Source: Eledone cirrhosa
Taxonomy: Eukaryota
NCBI GenBank assembly: GCA_964016885.1
Contig: OZ024751.1
Span: 17,608,001-17,672,000, forward strand
Direction: 5' to 3'
DNA length: 64,000 nucleotides
Shown here: piece by piece, positions 1 through 12,422 of the stretch
How the letters are laid out: each line of letters begins with the position of its first letter
How positions within the stretch are numbered: the first letter of the stretch is position 1
The notes under the pieces: model-generated
What the model was told of the DNA's origin: nothing
Database searches by the model: none
The model's input: only the letters and a program-made list of their open reading frames with translations
Made by a program: the position numbers and the translations under genes

Positions 1-84
1 CTGTAGAAGGGAAAAGGTGGGAGGGAGAGAGGGAAAGAATGTAAGAACGGGGAACAGAGGAAGAAGGAAGAAAGGTCAACTCAC

Positions 85-356
85 CTTAAACATGGAAACA
101 ATCCACGATAGAAGGCCAGAATAGCTATTAAAGGTATAAACAAAATTAACTCATTTATCAAAGAATATATACATACACAACCACACACATCCACACCAAC
201 AAAGTTAGTTGCCTTGAATAATGTTATAATGAATAAGCGGGTCTCTCTCTCCGTCCTTCGGGGCAATTTCATCTCCACTTTCACCAACACAGAATGCCAA
301 CCCGAACACAATAGTTTAGGGTCTTTATGAATGAGTATCTTGGCATCGTTGGACAT
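85..356 (-). CDS. Possible host exon or short ORF ending in a consensus splice donor
   Basis: Non-repetitive 91-aa ORF with a hydrophobic C-terminal stretch (LILFIPLIAILAF). The minus strand reads TTTAAG|GTGAGT at its end (~85). No recognisable homology. Confidence 0.2.
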
Positions 357-600
357 TGTAGAACATCAATAGAAAGTACGAGAAGAGGTACATATATCCT
401 CTGCAAATAACCTCACTGATAAGCTAGCTTCTTTTCCAGAGAGTTATGTACCCCTCTTCTACTTCTTACCGTATATACTACAACATCAACCGAGAAATAT
501 TTGACAAAAGATCTGGTGGTAAAATGTCTTCTTTCTGTAAGCCGGGACCACGAAGCGGTCGGCATATTAGGGTAGGAGACTTGATATTTTCTGACATAAA

Positions 601-698
601 AATGATGATGGTAGCCACCATTATAAAGATTTATGTTTGGTTACTCAACAATGATGATGGTAGCCACCATTATAAAGATTTATGTTTGGTTACTCAAC
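601..698. repeat. Perfect 49-bp tandem duplication
   Basis: aatgatgatggtagccaccattataaagatttatgtttggttactcaac occurs twice head-to-tail. Confidence 0.9.
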
Positions 699-1344
699 AA
701 GTGAAATTGTATTAATAAGCTAGTATATCATTCTGTTTATGTACTTGTGTCTGTATGTAAGTATGTCACGTAAAACATCTCGATCAGGAGAGAGAATGTA
801 GACTGAGTAAAGTGGCAATTAAAAAAAAAAAAAGACAATAGTGTATAGCGAAGAGAGATGAAAACGATCTGAGGCAGAAGAAAGGGAACGCTGCTTACAT
901 ATATTCACACGCACACACATACTCATATGCAAAATACTGAAAATTGCAGGCATGGATGTTGTTTAATAGAAGCAGTGGTGCTGGTTAAGGTCATGGCAAG
1001 GAATTAGAAGACGAGGAAGAATATATATTTTGTTTGTTTTCTTTGTATTTTAAATTTTTTTTTTAAACTTCAATTATTTAACGCACGTGGTTTATTGTAA
1101 TTAACTGTTTTCTGCTAGACAAGAATGAATGTTAGCACCTGGAGTTAAATTGACACTTTGTTATTGCAATTTATCTCGTGAGATTAGTTTATTCTATGGC
1201 AATTAATAAAACACTGGACGAAAGATGTAATAAGATACAGATTTACTAAACACGACCAATGTTGTTAGAATAGTTAAATAAAATAAGCGAGGAGAATAAA
1301 TCTTTGTGTATAACGAAGTAATATAGTCAGGATACATATTTATC

Positions 1345-1510
1345 TTCTTCATTCACTTATTGCTGACAGGGTCGTTGGAGTACAGTTCTCAAACACTTCT
1401 TCCAGCGGATCCTGTCAGGAGCAACTGTCTCCAACTTAACCAGCCAAGCTCATGGATGTTATCCAACCATCTTGCTCGGGGTCTACGCCTAAGTCTCCTA
1501 CCTGTTGGTT
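1345..1510 (-). mobile_element. RTE-clade LINE 3' end fragment
   Basis: Minus translation KPTGRRLRRRPRARWLDNI resembles the RTE C-terminal G.R.RGRP..RW.D.I motif. Confidence 0.6.
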
Positions 1511-1556
1511 TTATCAGTATATATTTATGATAAAGATAATTGTCTAATGATTCAAA

Positions 1557-1778
1557 TAAATGTTTCTACATTTGGCACAAGGCCGGCAATTTGAAGGGAA
1601 TGAGAAAATCGATTAAATCGACCCCAATGCATTACTGGTGCTTTATGTTATCCTCCTGGTAAGGATGAAAGGCAAAGATACCTTTGGCGAGATTTGAACA
1701 TAGACTGTAAAGGGCCGTAACTCTATTCTATGAAGCATTTTGTCCGACGCTCTACCGACTCTGCCAATCAACTGCCGT
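1557..1778 (-). mobile_element. tRNA-derived SINE family A
   Basis: Reverse complement of the GTTCAAAT B-box and the CTTTGCCTTTCATCCTT...GTACCAGTAATGCA...GGCCTTGTGCC body shared by >30 copies in the window. Confidence 0.85.
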
Positions 1779-2599
1779 TCTAATGGTTCAAATAATACAC
1801 TGTACTACAGCCGTCACTTGCATTCGAGTAAGACTTGGTGGTATGTATTATGCTTTCGCTAATGGATTTAGGTGCCTGTGCCATCGCGAACAGACATGGA
1901 CACTCTTTCTATTTTCCATTCTTTGATCCAGCGGAGCAATCACAATATGAGGGTTGGAAGGAGAGAGGGCTTTACTACGGTTGAGATGGTACTTACTTTA
2001 TCGATCCCATAACGACGAAAAGCAAAAGGATGGACCTCGTGGGTGATTTGGGGGAGATATATAAATATTACTAAAATAAATCTGTGTTTGGGAGGTCATA
2101 GGTTATGTAAATGTAAATGTTGAACCTCGGTTCGTGAACTTAATTCATTCCTAAAGAATTAAGCTAAGGCTGTTTGTCACCCGAAATGTTCGTAAATCGA
2201 AACTATTTTTCCTATACGGAGAGAGAGAGAAAGAGAGAGTGGGGGGGGGAGATGGGGGGGGGGGGCTATGTGTAAACGACAGATAGATATCACCATTTGG
2301 TCAGCCTATGAACTTTTCAGTCGACTCTCGTCTGACTTCATATGCCGCAGGATTCAACTTTCTCTTTCACCTTTTCGGGATCGATAAAATAAAGTACCTA
2401 TCAAGTATAGGGTTCGATATAATCAAATTTTTCCTCGATCAAAATTGCTGGCCTTGTGCCAAGACTTCAAAACTATTAATTATCTTATGTCGACGGGAAA
2501 TTACTATATTTTTCATATTCCTTCTGATCTATCCAATGACAGGTGATAATTTCCTTGATGGAAATTATTCTTACATGGATGGCTCTGTTTGTAGGTGCC

Positions 2600-3210
2600 A
2601 GTGTGTGCCTGTCTGTTAATGTGTGTGTGTTTATGTGTATGTGTTTATGTGTGTGTATTTATGTGTGTATTTATGTGTGTGTATTTATGTGTGTGTATAT
2701 TTATGTGTTAGTGTGTGCCTGTGTATTTATGTGTGTGTGCCTGTGTATTTATGTGTGTGTGCCTGTGTATTTATGTGTGTGTCTGTGTATTTACGTGTGT
2801 GTCGGTATTTATGTGTGTGTCAATGTGTTTTTATGTGTGTTAATGTGTGTTAATGTGCGTTAATGTGCGTTAATGTGCGTTTGTCTGTGTGTTAATGTGT
2901 GTGCCTGTGTATTTATGTGTGTTCGTCTCTGTTTTAATATGTGTACCTGTTTTGTTTATGTGTGTATCTGTGTGTATATGTGTGCATCTGTGTGTTAATA
3001 TGTGCATCTGTGTGTTTCTGTGTGTTTCTGTGTGTTCGTCTGTCTGTGTTAATGTGTGCACCTGTGTATTTATGTGTGCATCTGTGTGTTTATGTGTGTT
3101 TCTGTGTGTTCTTCTGTCTGTGTTAATGTGTGCATCTGTGTGTTTCTGTGTGTTCGTCTGTCTGTGTTAATGTGTGCATCTGTGTGTACCTGTTCGTGCG
3201 CATGTGTGTA
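2600..3210. repeat. GT-rich degenerate minisatellite
   Basis: Variants of TGTGTATTTATGTG / TGTGTTAATGTG; explains the overlapping C/V-rich ORFs. Confidence 0.9.
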
Positions 3211-3335
3211 TATTGATCATCAATATAATACATCAATGACGCTCTTATCCTCCTGTATTACAGTAAAATCTATTTTTATACTATTGTTCATTCCCCCTAA
3301 ATTTGTTTCTCTCTCTCTGTGTATATGTGTGTGTG

Positions 3336-3373
<38 letters not shown>

Positions 3374-3910
3374 CTTAAAATAAAGCAAGAACAGGGGTGG
3401 GAGATTTCCTCATAAGTTGTCTACTGGGAGTCTCGGATATATCAACGCTTTAAAGACAATATATCTACCCCCAGAGCGTTCAATAACTAGGTAAGTTATT
3501 GGCAAAGGGGAGGAGGAAGGCAAGGATAATATAGGATAAATAACAGAAGGGAAAGGGGGAGAAAAGAGAAAAACAGCGAAGAAAACGAAAAGAGAAACGA
3601 AAAAAAAAACGAATAAAAAACGAAAAAAAAACAGGAAACAACAAAGAATGTTCGAGCAACTTGAAGAAAGAGGAACACTTCCACCCACCAACCCCGTTCT
3701 TGCTTTCTTCTTATTCTTATTTTTAAGTCTACCTTAATTGTGGAGGGGGACAAGGTTGGTAGATTTGACTGCTCTTTCTAGTACAGTGAGTCTGTGCCAG
3801 GTACTCTTGCTGGTTTATACAATCATATAATTTCTCTGCATGTATATGTATTTAAAGACATGTGTATACATATGTGAGTGAGTGTGAATACATAAAATTG
3901 TTTTATCTCT

Positions 3911-3942
<32 letters not shown>

Positions 3943-3945
<3 letters not shown>

Positions 3946-4127
3946 CGAAGGAAATGTGGTAAGGAACCAGGTGGACCATAACGCACCAAAGTACTCAATA
4001 CTTAGGGTAGTAGAGTGGGTAATAGGAACGAGTAGGACCCCGACGGCTGAGCTCAAGCCGTTTCGACGGCTAATTCTGAATTCGCCGTCGAAACGGCTTG
4101 AGCTCAGCCGTCGGGGTCCTACTCGTT

Positions 4128-4132
<5 letters not shown>
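3943..4132 (-). mobile_element. Fold-back Penelope-like terminal fragment, family P, with the 3' half of an HHR
   Basis: Perfect 49-bp inverted arms 4022-4070/4084-4132, GAAAC-GGCT-tgagctc-AGCC-GTC motif, (TA)n on both sides. Relatives at 29318, 37460, 55907 and 61846. Confidence 0.75.
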
Positions 4133-4217
<85 letters not shown>

Positions 4218-4899
4218 GAAAATAAATAGATGATATTAAAAGTAGTCTTTGATAATTTATAGTATAAACGAACCCGGTATCGGAGTATATTATATATTTA
4301 ATCAAATCCGTCCGTAAGTATGAAGACCATAAATAGTTGAAAGACTTACAATATCATTTTGAACAAAAAAATAAAAATAAAACGTTTGAAAAATGAAACA
4401 GTCTCAATGTTTATATAATTATATAAGTGCCTATTTTAAAAGTCGTTGGCTTGATTCCTGGGCTGCGTTGTATGTTGTGTTCTTCAACAAAACACTTTTT
4501 CTCGTTTGCTCCAGTATACTCAGCTGAAAATGCGTACTAGCAGCAATAGCTAGGGGTTTAACCCTGCGATGGACTAGCGTCCTGTCGAGGAGGAAGTCTC
4601 TGTACTCACAGTCGCTCCACGCCATAAAACCGGGATAAATACCGGCCTAGCGAACGTTCTGGCTTTAGACACACTATTTTAAATGGCATAGACTATTCAG
4701 AGTTCAAAGACGATGACAATGTATATTAAAATAGTCTCGCAGATTTTCACTGTTCTGTGTACTGCGAATATTTGTCGGTAACGTGCAAATTGGTGACGTT
4801 ATTTGCCTATAGATTAATTGCCAATTAGATACTTTTTAGGGTAACAGTGCAAAAATAATTAGACAAAGCATGTATGTAAGAGTCTGTCTGTCTGTGTGT

Positions 4900-5125
4900 G
4901 TGTGTGGTGTTTGTGGAGTAGTGTAGTGTGGTGTGCTGTGTTGTGTAGTGTGCTGCGGTGTGCTGCGTAGTGTGTTGTGTAGTGTGCTGTAGTGTGGTGT
5001 GGTGTGTAGTGTGGTGGTGTGTGTGGTGTGGTGTGGTGTGTGTAGTATGCTATGATGTTTGTTGTGTGCTGTGCTGTGCTGTGCTGTGTAGTGTAGTGTG
5101 GTGTAGTGTGGTGTTCTGTGGGATG
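4900..5125. repeat. Pentanucleotide microsatellite (GTAGT/GTGGT/GTGCT)
   Basis: Direct reading. Confidence 0.9.
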
Positions 5126-5302
5126 GTGTGTGCGAGTTGTAAATGTACGTATCAACACGCGTCGTGTTTAAATCAATCTGTTATATATATTTCAGTGTCT
5201 GTGTATGTATCAATCTATCGAGTTATTTAATTGTATATATATATAATAATATATATTGTTATATTTGAGGAAGGTCATATTGTTACAATATTGCCAGAAA
5301 TA

Positions 5303-5485
5303 ATAATTGTTTCTGCTTTTGGCACAAGGCCAGCAATTACCCAGTACATTACTGGTACTTTATTTTATCGACCGAGTAAGGATGAAAGGCAAAGTTAACC
5401 TTGGCGGGATTTGAACTCAGACCGTAAAGGGATGCAACTATGCTAGAGAGCATGGCGTCCAACCCTCTACCGATACTGCCAATTC
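5303..5485 (-). mobile_element. SINE family A
   Basis: Same body and B-box as the other copies; (ATT)n tail at ~5303. Confidence 0.85.
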
Positions 5486-5561
5486 ACAATAATAAAACAC
5501 AGTGTTTGGTTTGGATTGGTGTTCACTTCTGTATGTGTGTATGCATGTGTGTGCGTATATG

Positions 5562-5654
<93 letters not shown>

Positions 5655-5693
5655 ATATATATATATATGTATGTATGTATATATATAGAGAGA

Positions 5694-5933
5694 GGAGACT
5701 GAGGTTAGCTGGACATGCTCACCGACATCCAGAGTTGACATTGCACTCAGTGTTCCTTTGGGAGCCCCTCCATGGACATACTAGAAGAGGAAGACCAAGG
5801 TTAATGTATGTTGATGCCCTAAGGACAGACACTGGTCTGTTGGAGTGGCAGGATATGGCGGCGATAATGAGGGACAGAGACCGCTGGAGAGAACTCGTCC
5901 ATGGATCTCGGGAATATTAGCCGCCTTAGAATA

Positions 5934-5935
<2 letters not shown>
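5694..5935 (+). mobile_element. RTE-clade LINE 3' end inserted in (TA)n
   Basis: [14 protein letters not shown]...[27 protein letters not shown] is a typical RTE C-terminus; same family as 55397-55808. Confidence 0.85.
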
Positions 5936-5970
<35 letters not shown>

Positions 5971-5976
5971 AATATG

Positions 5977-6039
<63 letters not shown>

Positions 6040-6040
6040 G

Positions 6041-6071
<31 letters not shown>

Positions 6072-6089
6072 GTATATGTATATATATAT

Positions 6090-6123
<34 letters not shown>

Positions 6124-6162
6124 ATGTATATGTATATATATATATATGTATATATATATATG

Positions 6163-6212
<50 letters not shown>

Positions 6213-6255
6213 CATATACATATATATACATATACATATATATATATACATATAC

Positions 6256-6287
<32 letters not shown>

Positions 6288-6301
6288 ATATATACATATA
6301 C

Positions 6302-6342
<41 letters not shown>

Positions 6343-6530
6343 CATATATATGTATATAGAAATGTATATATATATATGTATATGTTTATGTATATATATA
6401 TATATATATGTTTATGTATATATATATAAGTATATGTATATATATATATATATGTTTAGTTATATATATATATAAGTATATGTGTATATATATATATATA
6501 TGTTTATGTATATATATATATAAGTATATG

Positions 6531-6562
<32 letters not shown>

Positions 6563-6645
6563 CATATGTATATATACATATACATATATATATATACATA
6601 TATATATATACATATACATATATATATATACATATACATATATAC

Positions 6646-6694
<49 letters not shown>

Positions 6695-6703
6695 CATATA
6701 TAT
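5936..6703. repeat. Long interrupted (TA)n microsatellite
   Basis: Direct reading; interruptions switch between G and C along the tract. Confidence 0.95.
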
Positions 6704-6759
6704 AAAATATTAAACAAATAATGAACAAACAATTCCTTATATTAAACAAAAAAATTCAC

Positions 6760-6904
6760 TATTTAACGATCGTTTCTAGGGTATATATGTGTTATAATTG
6801 GTATGCATATTTAACAGATCTATGTACAAAATTATACAAAATTATACAAATTATCAAGATTAAATATACATACCTAACTCATATATACGCCGTCTTCAGA
6901 AATA
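6760..6904 (-). ncRNA. Type-I hammerhead ribozyme with ~116-nt stem II region
   Basis: Minus strand: tattt-CTGAAGA-cggcgtatatatg...catatataccc-ta-GAAACGATCGTT-aaata. Stem I is tattt/aaata and stem III is the palindrome CGATCG. Confidence 0.65.
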
Positions 6905-7681
6905 ATGAAGTATATTTATTGATAATAACAACAATTCAAAATATCAGTTCAAAATTGACCAATGAAAACACAAAGGGTTAAAAGCAGTTTGGTGTGTGTA
7001 TATACATGTAAAAACCTTACACATATTTTACAATAATGTGTGTATAATTTGTATGTGCATACTAAAAAGATGGATGCAAACTCAAAATTTCAAGGTTAAT
7101 ATCTCTGTAAGCTTAATGCGCTGATAAGATACGCAATGATACTTATGGAGTCAAGCATATAAATATATTTTTTTCATACTCACACATATCAGTATAATCA
7201 CACATACATGTGCGTATATGCATAAATATACACATAACCACGAACATACAAACACACACACTCCCCCACTCACATTTATATATGTGGATATAAAATCATA
7301 AGCAAATAGAAATTAAGTCACTCACATAAAAACACTGGCACACACATTTCAAGATCAAGATACAGAAAATAGGTGGGAGGGGGGGGGAGGGGTCAGTATT
7401 AGATTGTCAGACCAGACTGCCTAATATAAATGTATCTATAAATTAAGAAAAATAAAAAAATAAAAACAATAAAATATAATAAATCTAATATAATGTACAT
7501 ACACATACAGATATACATACACATACATACATGTACGCGCACATAGAGATATCTACACATACATACATACACACATACCTATACAGTCATACACACACAT
7601 ACATTTACACGAACATACACATACACATATAAAAAGATATAAATACACACACACTCACGCGCAACACATACACACATACAC

Positions 7682-7714
<33 letters not shown>

Positions 7715-7973
7715 CATACACACACACATAGATTCATATATATATATATACATATACATACATATACATAAACATATATATCCACACACTCATACCCTAC
7801 ATATACACTACATATATATATATATATTTTGAGTTTATGTTGGTTGTATACCAATACCTCAGTGTGCAGGTTGGAGCACTCGACGAAGTTGTCCAGGTTG
7901 GTTTGGTTACTCCGGAGTAGTGTAAAATAAAGTTAAATAAAAGTCAAATGATTAAAATTTAGCTTCGTTTATT

Positions 7974-8028
7974 ACTGCTATATATATTTCAGTGACAGCC
8001 ATCTTTGGCTGTGACCTCTTCAGGCAGT
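7974..8028 (-). ncRNA. Type-I hammerhead ribozyme
   Basis: Reverse complement of 8268-8322. Confidence 0.75.
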
Positions 8029-8267
8029 TTGAATTAGTATGGTATAGACAAGTACATATGTTGTTTAAGTGTATGATATTGTCAATACTCTGATATGCCG
8101 AGTTCCTAGTTGGGTTGTTAATTCACTGAGGAACTGGAGTCATATGACTCATATGACTCCAGTTCCTTAGTGAAATAAGAACCCAACTAGGAAGTTGGCG
8201 TATCAGAGTATTGACAATATTATACACCTAAACAACATATGTACTTGTCTATACCTTACTAATTCAA

Positions 8268-8322
8268 ACTGCCTGAAGAGGTCACAGCCAAAGATGGCTG
8301 TCACTGAAATATATATAGCAGT
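8268..8322 (+). ncRNA. Type-I hammerhead ribozyme
   Basis: actgc-CTGAAGA-ggtcACAGCCaaagatGGCTGTcact-GAAATATATATA-gcagt, followed by AATAAA. Confidence 0.75.
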
Positions 8323-8366
8323 AATAAACGAGGCTAAATTTTAATCATTTGACTTTTATTTGACTT

Positions 8367-8427
<61 letters not shown>

Positions 8428-8431
<4 letters not shown>

Positions 8432-8623
8432 TATGTGTGTATACGTACATACATATATGTATACAGACGTACAATAGCATGCATATATATATATACAGGT
8501 ACACATACATATATGCACGTATCAGTTTAGCGGACGCTTATTATAACGCCGCTTTGTTCGTTTGTAAACAAACTGAACAGCCTGAATTTTATGCCGTACG
8601 GTGTACGTATGTGTACCTGTATG

Positions 8624-8719
<96 letters not shown>

Positions 8720-9149
8720 GGCTACTGTACGTCTGTATACATATATGTATGTACCTATACACACATACTTACATTTAAGTGAGTGCCGTACTAAGAGTGA
8801 GAAATGAAATTTCGTTTTCATTTTATTTCAACTTATCGTTTTCGGTATGCCTGACCGACTTAACTCACTCGATATGCAAATTAGGCTGCTCAGCCGTTAA
8901 TTTTCATAAGGAAAGTATATACTTTCGAACGTTCAACTATCTGGCAGAAGGGTATACGGTGCTGATGATAGCTAACAAGCTTGAAACTAGTACATCGTTC
9001 CTGTGTCAGTGTTGAACAAAAAGGTGACGTGGTTGCCTTAACACCGTACGGCATAAAATCCAGGCTGTTCAGTTTGTTTACAAACGAACAAAGCGGCGTT
9101 ATAATAAGCGTCCGCTAAACTGATACGTGTATATATGTATGTGTACCTG

Positions 9150-9207
<58 letters not shown>

Positions 9208-9321
9208 TGCTACTGTACGTCTGTATACATATATGTATGTACGTATACACACATACTTACATTTAAGTAAGTGCCGTATTAAGAGTGAGAAATGAAATTT
9301 CGTTTTCATTTTATTTCAACT

Positions 9322-9323
<2 letters not shown>
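8428..9323 (+). mobile_element. Retrozyme-like element family R1: 5' inverted segment plus ~1.4 tandem monomers (~488 bp period)
   Basis: 8428-8604 is the reverse complement of 9041-9259, and 8607-8834 repeats at 9137-9323. Internal HHR, (TA)n flanks, homologous to 62210-62825. Confidence 0.8.
8956..8998 (+). ncRNA. Minimal type-I hammerhead ribozyme
   Basis: acggtg-CTGATGA-tAGCTaacaAGCTt-GAAACTAGTA-catcgt. Confidence 0.8.
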
Positions 9324-9376
<53 letters not shown>

Positions 9377-9390
9377 GTATATATATATAC

Positions 9391-9567
<177 letters not shown>

Positions 9568-9805
9568 ATTAGAGATTAGAGCAAACATCACGGGCGCTCT
9601 ATCTCAAAATTCTTTTTGAAATGCATTAGATATGCGCAACCGGTAAAAACTTAAAACGAAAACTGAATACTAACCAATACTTATTACTAATTTATACTTA
9701 TTCCCAATTAAACTATTTTTCACTGGGAAAAATTTGTCAGCATTTTCTTTTCCTTTTACTAATATATCACAACTCGTGTGTTACACCTCTATTTTTTTAA
9801 ATATA

Positions 9806-9852
<47 letters not shown>

Positions 9853-11414
9853 ATATAGTTTGCGCGACTGTGTGAGCGTGTATATTTGTGCACATGGTGA
9901 TTGATCAATGTATTAATAAAAGTGCATATACGTACGTACGTACGTACATACATACATACATACATACATACATACATACATACATACATACATACATACA
10001 TACATACATACATACATACATTCACAGATACATATATACATACATTTAGTCATACATAAAAATACACCGAAACATACAATAATACACTTTCGAGTATATA
10101 AATATAAGCAACCAATGACATTTTCTCCTGTGTTCTGTCTGTCGAGATTTCACATCATTTAATCAGCTCTTACTGGCGAGGATAATAGTTTCAATAAATA
10201 TATAGAGTGTGCTTTATCAATGTAGCTTTACTTTTGAATGTGAATCAAATAGAGTGTTGAAAATGTTGTATGTCTATAAAAAGGAATGAAGTATCAAAAT
10301 CTCGTGTTTTCTGCTACACACGGATAAGTCACAACAGATCGTTTTGTTGACATTTCAGAGACATTTGTCAACTTATGAGAAGTAAACTACCTTTTTCATT
10401 CTGTATATCACTGAATATTAGTCTAACAAGTTTATATATATCATGCGAGAGAATATGACTAAATTAGCTTGCATCATTGGCATATGTTTTGGTAAAGCGC
10501 TTAATTAAACTTCGTTGTTTAATTTATTTTGCAAGATTTCTTATCTGAAAACGTGTGTTGAAACAGATATTGTTATACTTTGGGAGGGTCATGCTGCAAA
10601 TAAAGACACATGCACCTGATAGTTTTCACTTCAATTTATTATAAATTTCCGGTTGGCTGGCTGGCTACCTGCTGGTTGGTTGGCTGGTTCGATAACCGGA
10701 TGGTTGTTTATTGTCAAAGCTCTTTCGTCACACATTCTGTGACCTGCTATGTGACTAGGTTTTATTAAGCAATATATATGTATATGCGTATGCGGGCGCC
10801 TCTCTCCGCCTCTCTATCTATATCTCTCTGTCTCGCTACATATATATGTGTGTGTGTGTGTTTGTGTACGCGTCTCCCACCCCCACTCTTTCTCTCTCTC
10901 TGTATATATATATGCACATTCATACATACAACACACACATGTGAGTGTGTGTGCCCGTGCGCTTATTAAATGCGTCCTGCATGAAAATGAACATTCATTA
11001 TCTTATTTTAGTCAAATATAATTCTAGATTTAATGAAATTTCTAAATACCAAAATAGATAACATATCCAAATGAAGGATATTATTATGATTGCAGTTGGA
11101 AATATTTGTCCGCTTTTTTTTTTCATTTTCTAGAATTTTAATTAAAGATTGGCTGATATATCAAGGATGCATGAATTTACAATATCTCTTGAACTTGTCT
11201 CGACTGAGACAAGAAGCAGATAAAAAATGTTTAGATAACGAACTACTCATCCATAGAAACCAACCTGAAAAACTTTTAACATTTATGTTTTAGAGTTTGA
11301 CGACATAAATCAGTGGTTCCCAAAATTTTCCGAAACAACGAAACTAGCTTGATTAAATGTATTTTCCCACGGAGTCCCCGGGATGTTTTAAGGTCTGTCT
11401 ACTTAATAGCTGAT

Positions 11415-11608
11415 ATTGGTGGATTGGCGGTATCGGTAGAGGGTCGGACACCATGCTTTGCAGCAAAGGGTTACGGCCATTTATGGTCTGAGTTCAAATC
11501 CCGCCGAGGTTAACTTTGCCTTTCATCCTTACAGGGTGGATAAAATAAAGTACAAGTAATACACTGGGATAATTGCTGGCCTTGTGCCAAAAAGTAGAAA
11601 CAATTATT
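11415..11608 (+). mobile_element. SINE family A
   Basis: A-box-like TGGCGGTATCGG, B-box GAGTTCAAATCC, conserved body, ATT tail. Confidence 0.85.
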
Positions 11609-11819
11609 AACAATTTAATAAATGAGCATCTACATGAATGATTGAATGAATATAAAATAATTAGGACAACACTACAAATATTTTAAAATGTAAAAGTAAG
11701 GGAAAAGCATAGGACCACAGATTTATGGCAAGGGGAAGGGGGTGTGCTCTATGCCTAGGGCGTGGTGGTTGAATTAGAACATTCAGGTTTTGAGACTGCA
11801 ATTTTCGAAAAGGTAAATG

Positions 11820-11965
11820 AAATGAGCGAAGGAATACGATAACGAATACAAGCAGCCGAAAGGGGACTCCTCCGAAGGGTGTTTGGAGTTACGTTACTCG
11901 ATAAAGTGCGTAACTCTGAGATCAGAGAGTCACTCCAGGTAGAGCCGCAACTTCTCTGAATTGTG
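11820..11965 (+). mobile_element. RTE-clade LINE internal fragment
   Basis: Translates RIQAAERGLLRRVFGVTLLDKVRNSEIRESLQVEP, matching RTE post-RT motifs. Confidence 0.7.
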
Positions 11966-12152
11966 TGATCACAAGAAGTAGAAGTAGTAATTGAAATGTT
12001 AGTGGTTCTGGAAGCACATGTGTTCTTCCAATATAAAGGCTTTTGTAATTCTTAGAAAGCACTGCAACGAAACATTGAAATCTTAGGGAAGTTGCTGATA
12101 GATTTTTCCTGTATTATTTTTCCATGATTATATACAGTGGAAATTGGATTAA

Positions 12153-12343
12153 CCCTTTAGCATTTACATTACTCTATATTAAATATTATATTCTTTTGAT
12201 AAAGTCATACTTCACATCATTATCTCACATAATATCAAATCTATGAGATTTTGTCATCAGTAAGAGAGGCCGGTTATGACCAGTTTGAACAGAAAGAGGT
12301 GAGAAAATTGTCACCGAATACGGCCGGTTTAAATGCTAAAGGG
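12153..12343. mobile_element. piggyBac-type MITE
   Basis: TTAA|CCCTTTAGCATTTA ... TAAATGCTAAAGGG|TTAA. Confidence 0.85.
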
Positions 12344-12422
12344 TTAAGCTAGGTAAATCCGTAACTAGGTTATCTGACAAGTAATCAATACTTTAAAATC
12401 ATAGCTTTATGAAAATATAAAA

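Larger units (their letters stand above)
7860..8372 (-). mobile_element. Penelope-like pLTR fragment with a ~220-bp 5' inverted copy (palindrome 7924-8372)
   Basis: Arms are near-perfect reverse complements about ~8148, each carries an HHR, and the right end abuts (TA)n. Confidence 0.85.

Noticed and set aside
3371-3731. TA-adjacent element with a short inverted end, possible PLE fragment
   Set aside because: The inverted match is short and no intact HHR core could be read
5781-6749. Numerous YI/IY-rich ORFs (also at 9.3, 46-47, 57.6 and 63.4 kb)
   Set aside because: Translations of (TA)n and (TG)n microsatellites
9613-9649. Hammerhead ttt-TTGAAAT-gcattagatatgc-GCAACCGGTA-aaa
   Set aside because: Two core positions are altered; counted only as a decayed relative
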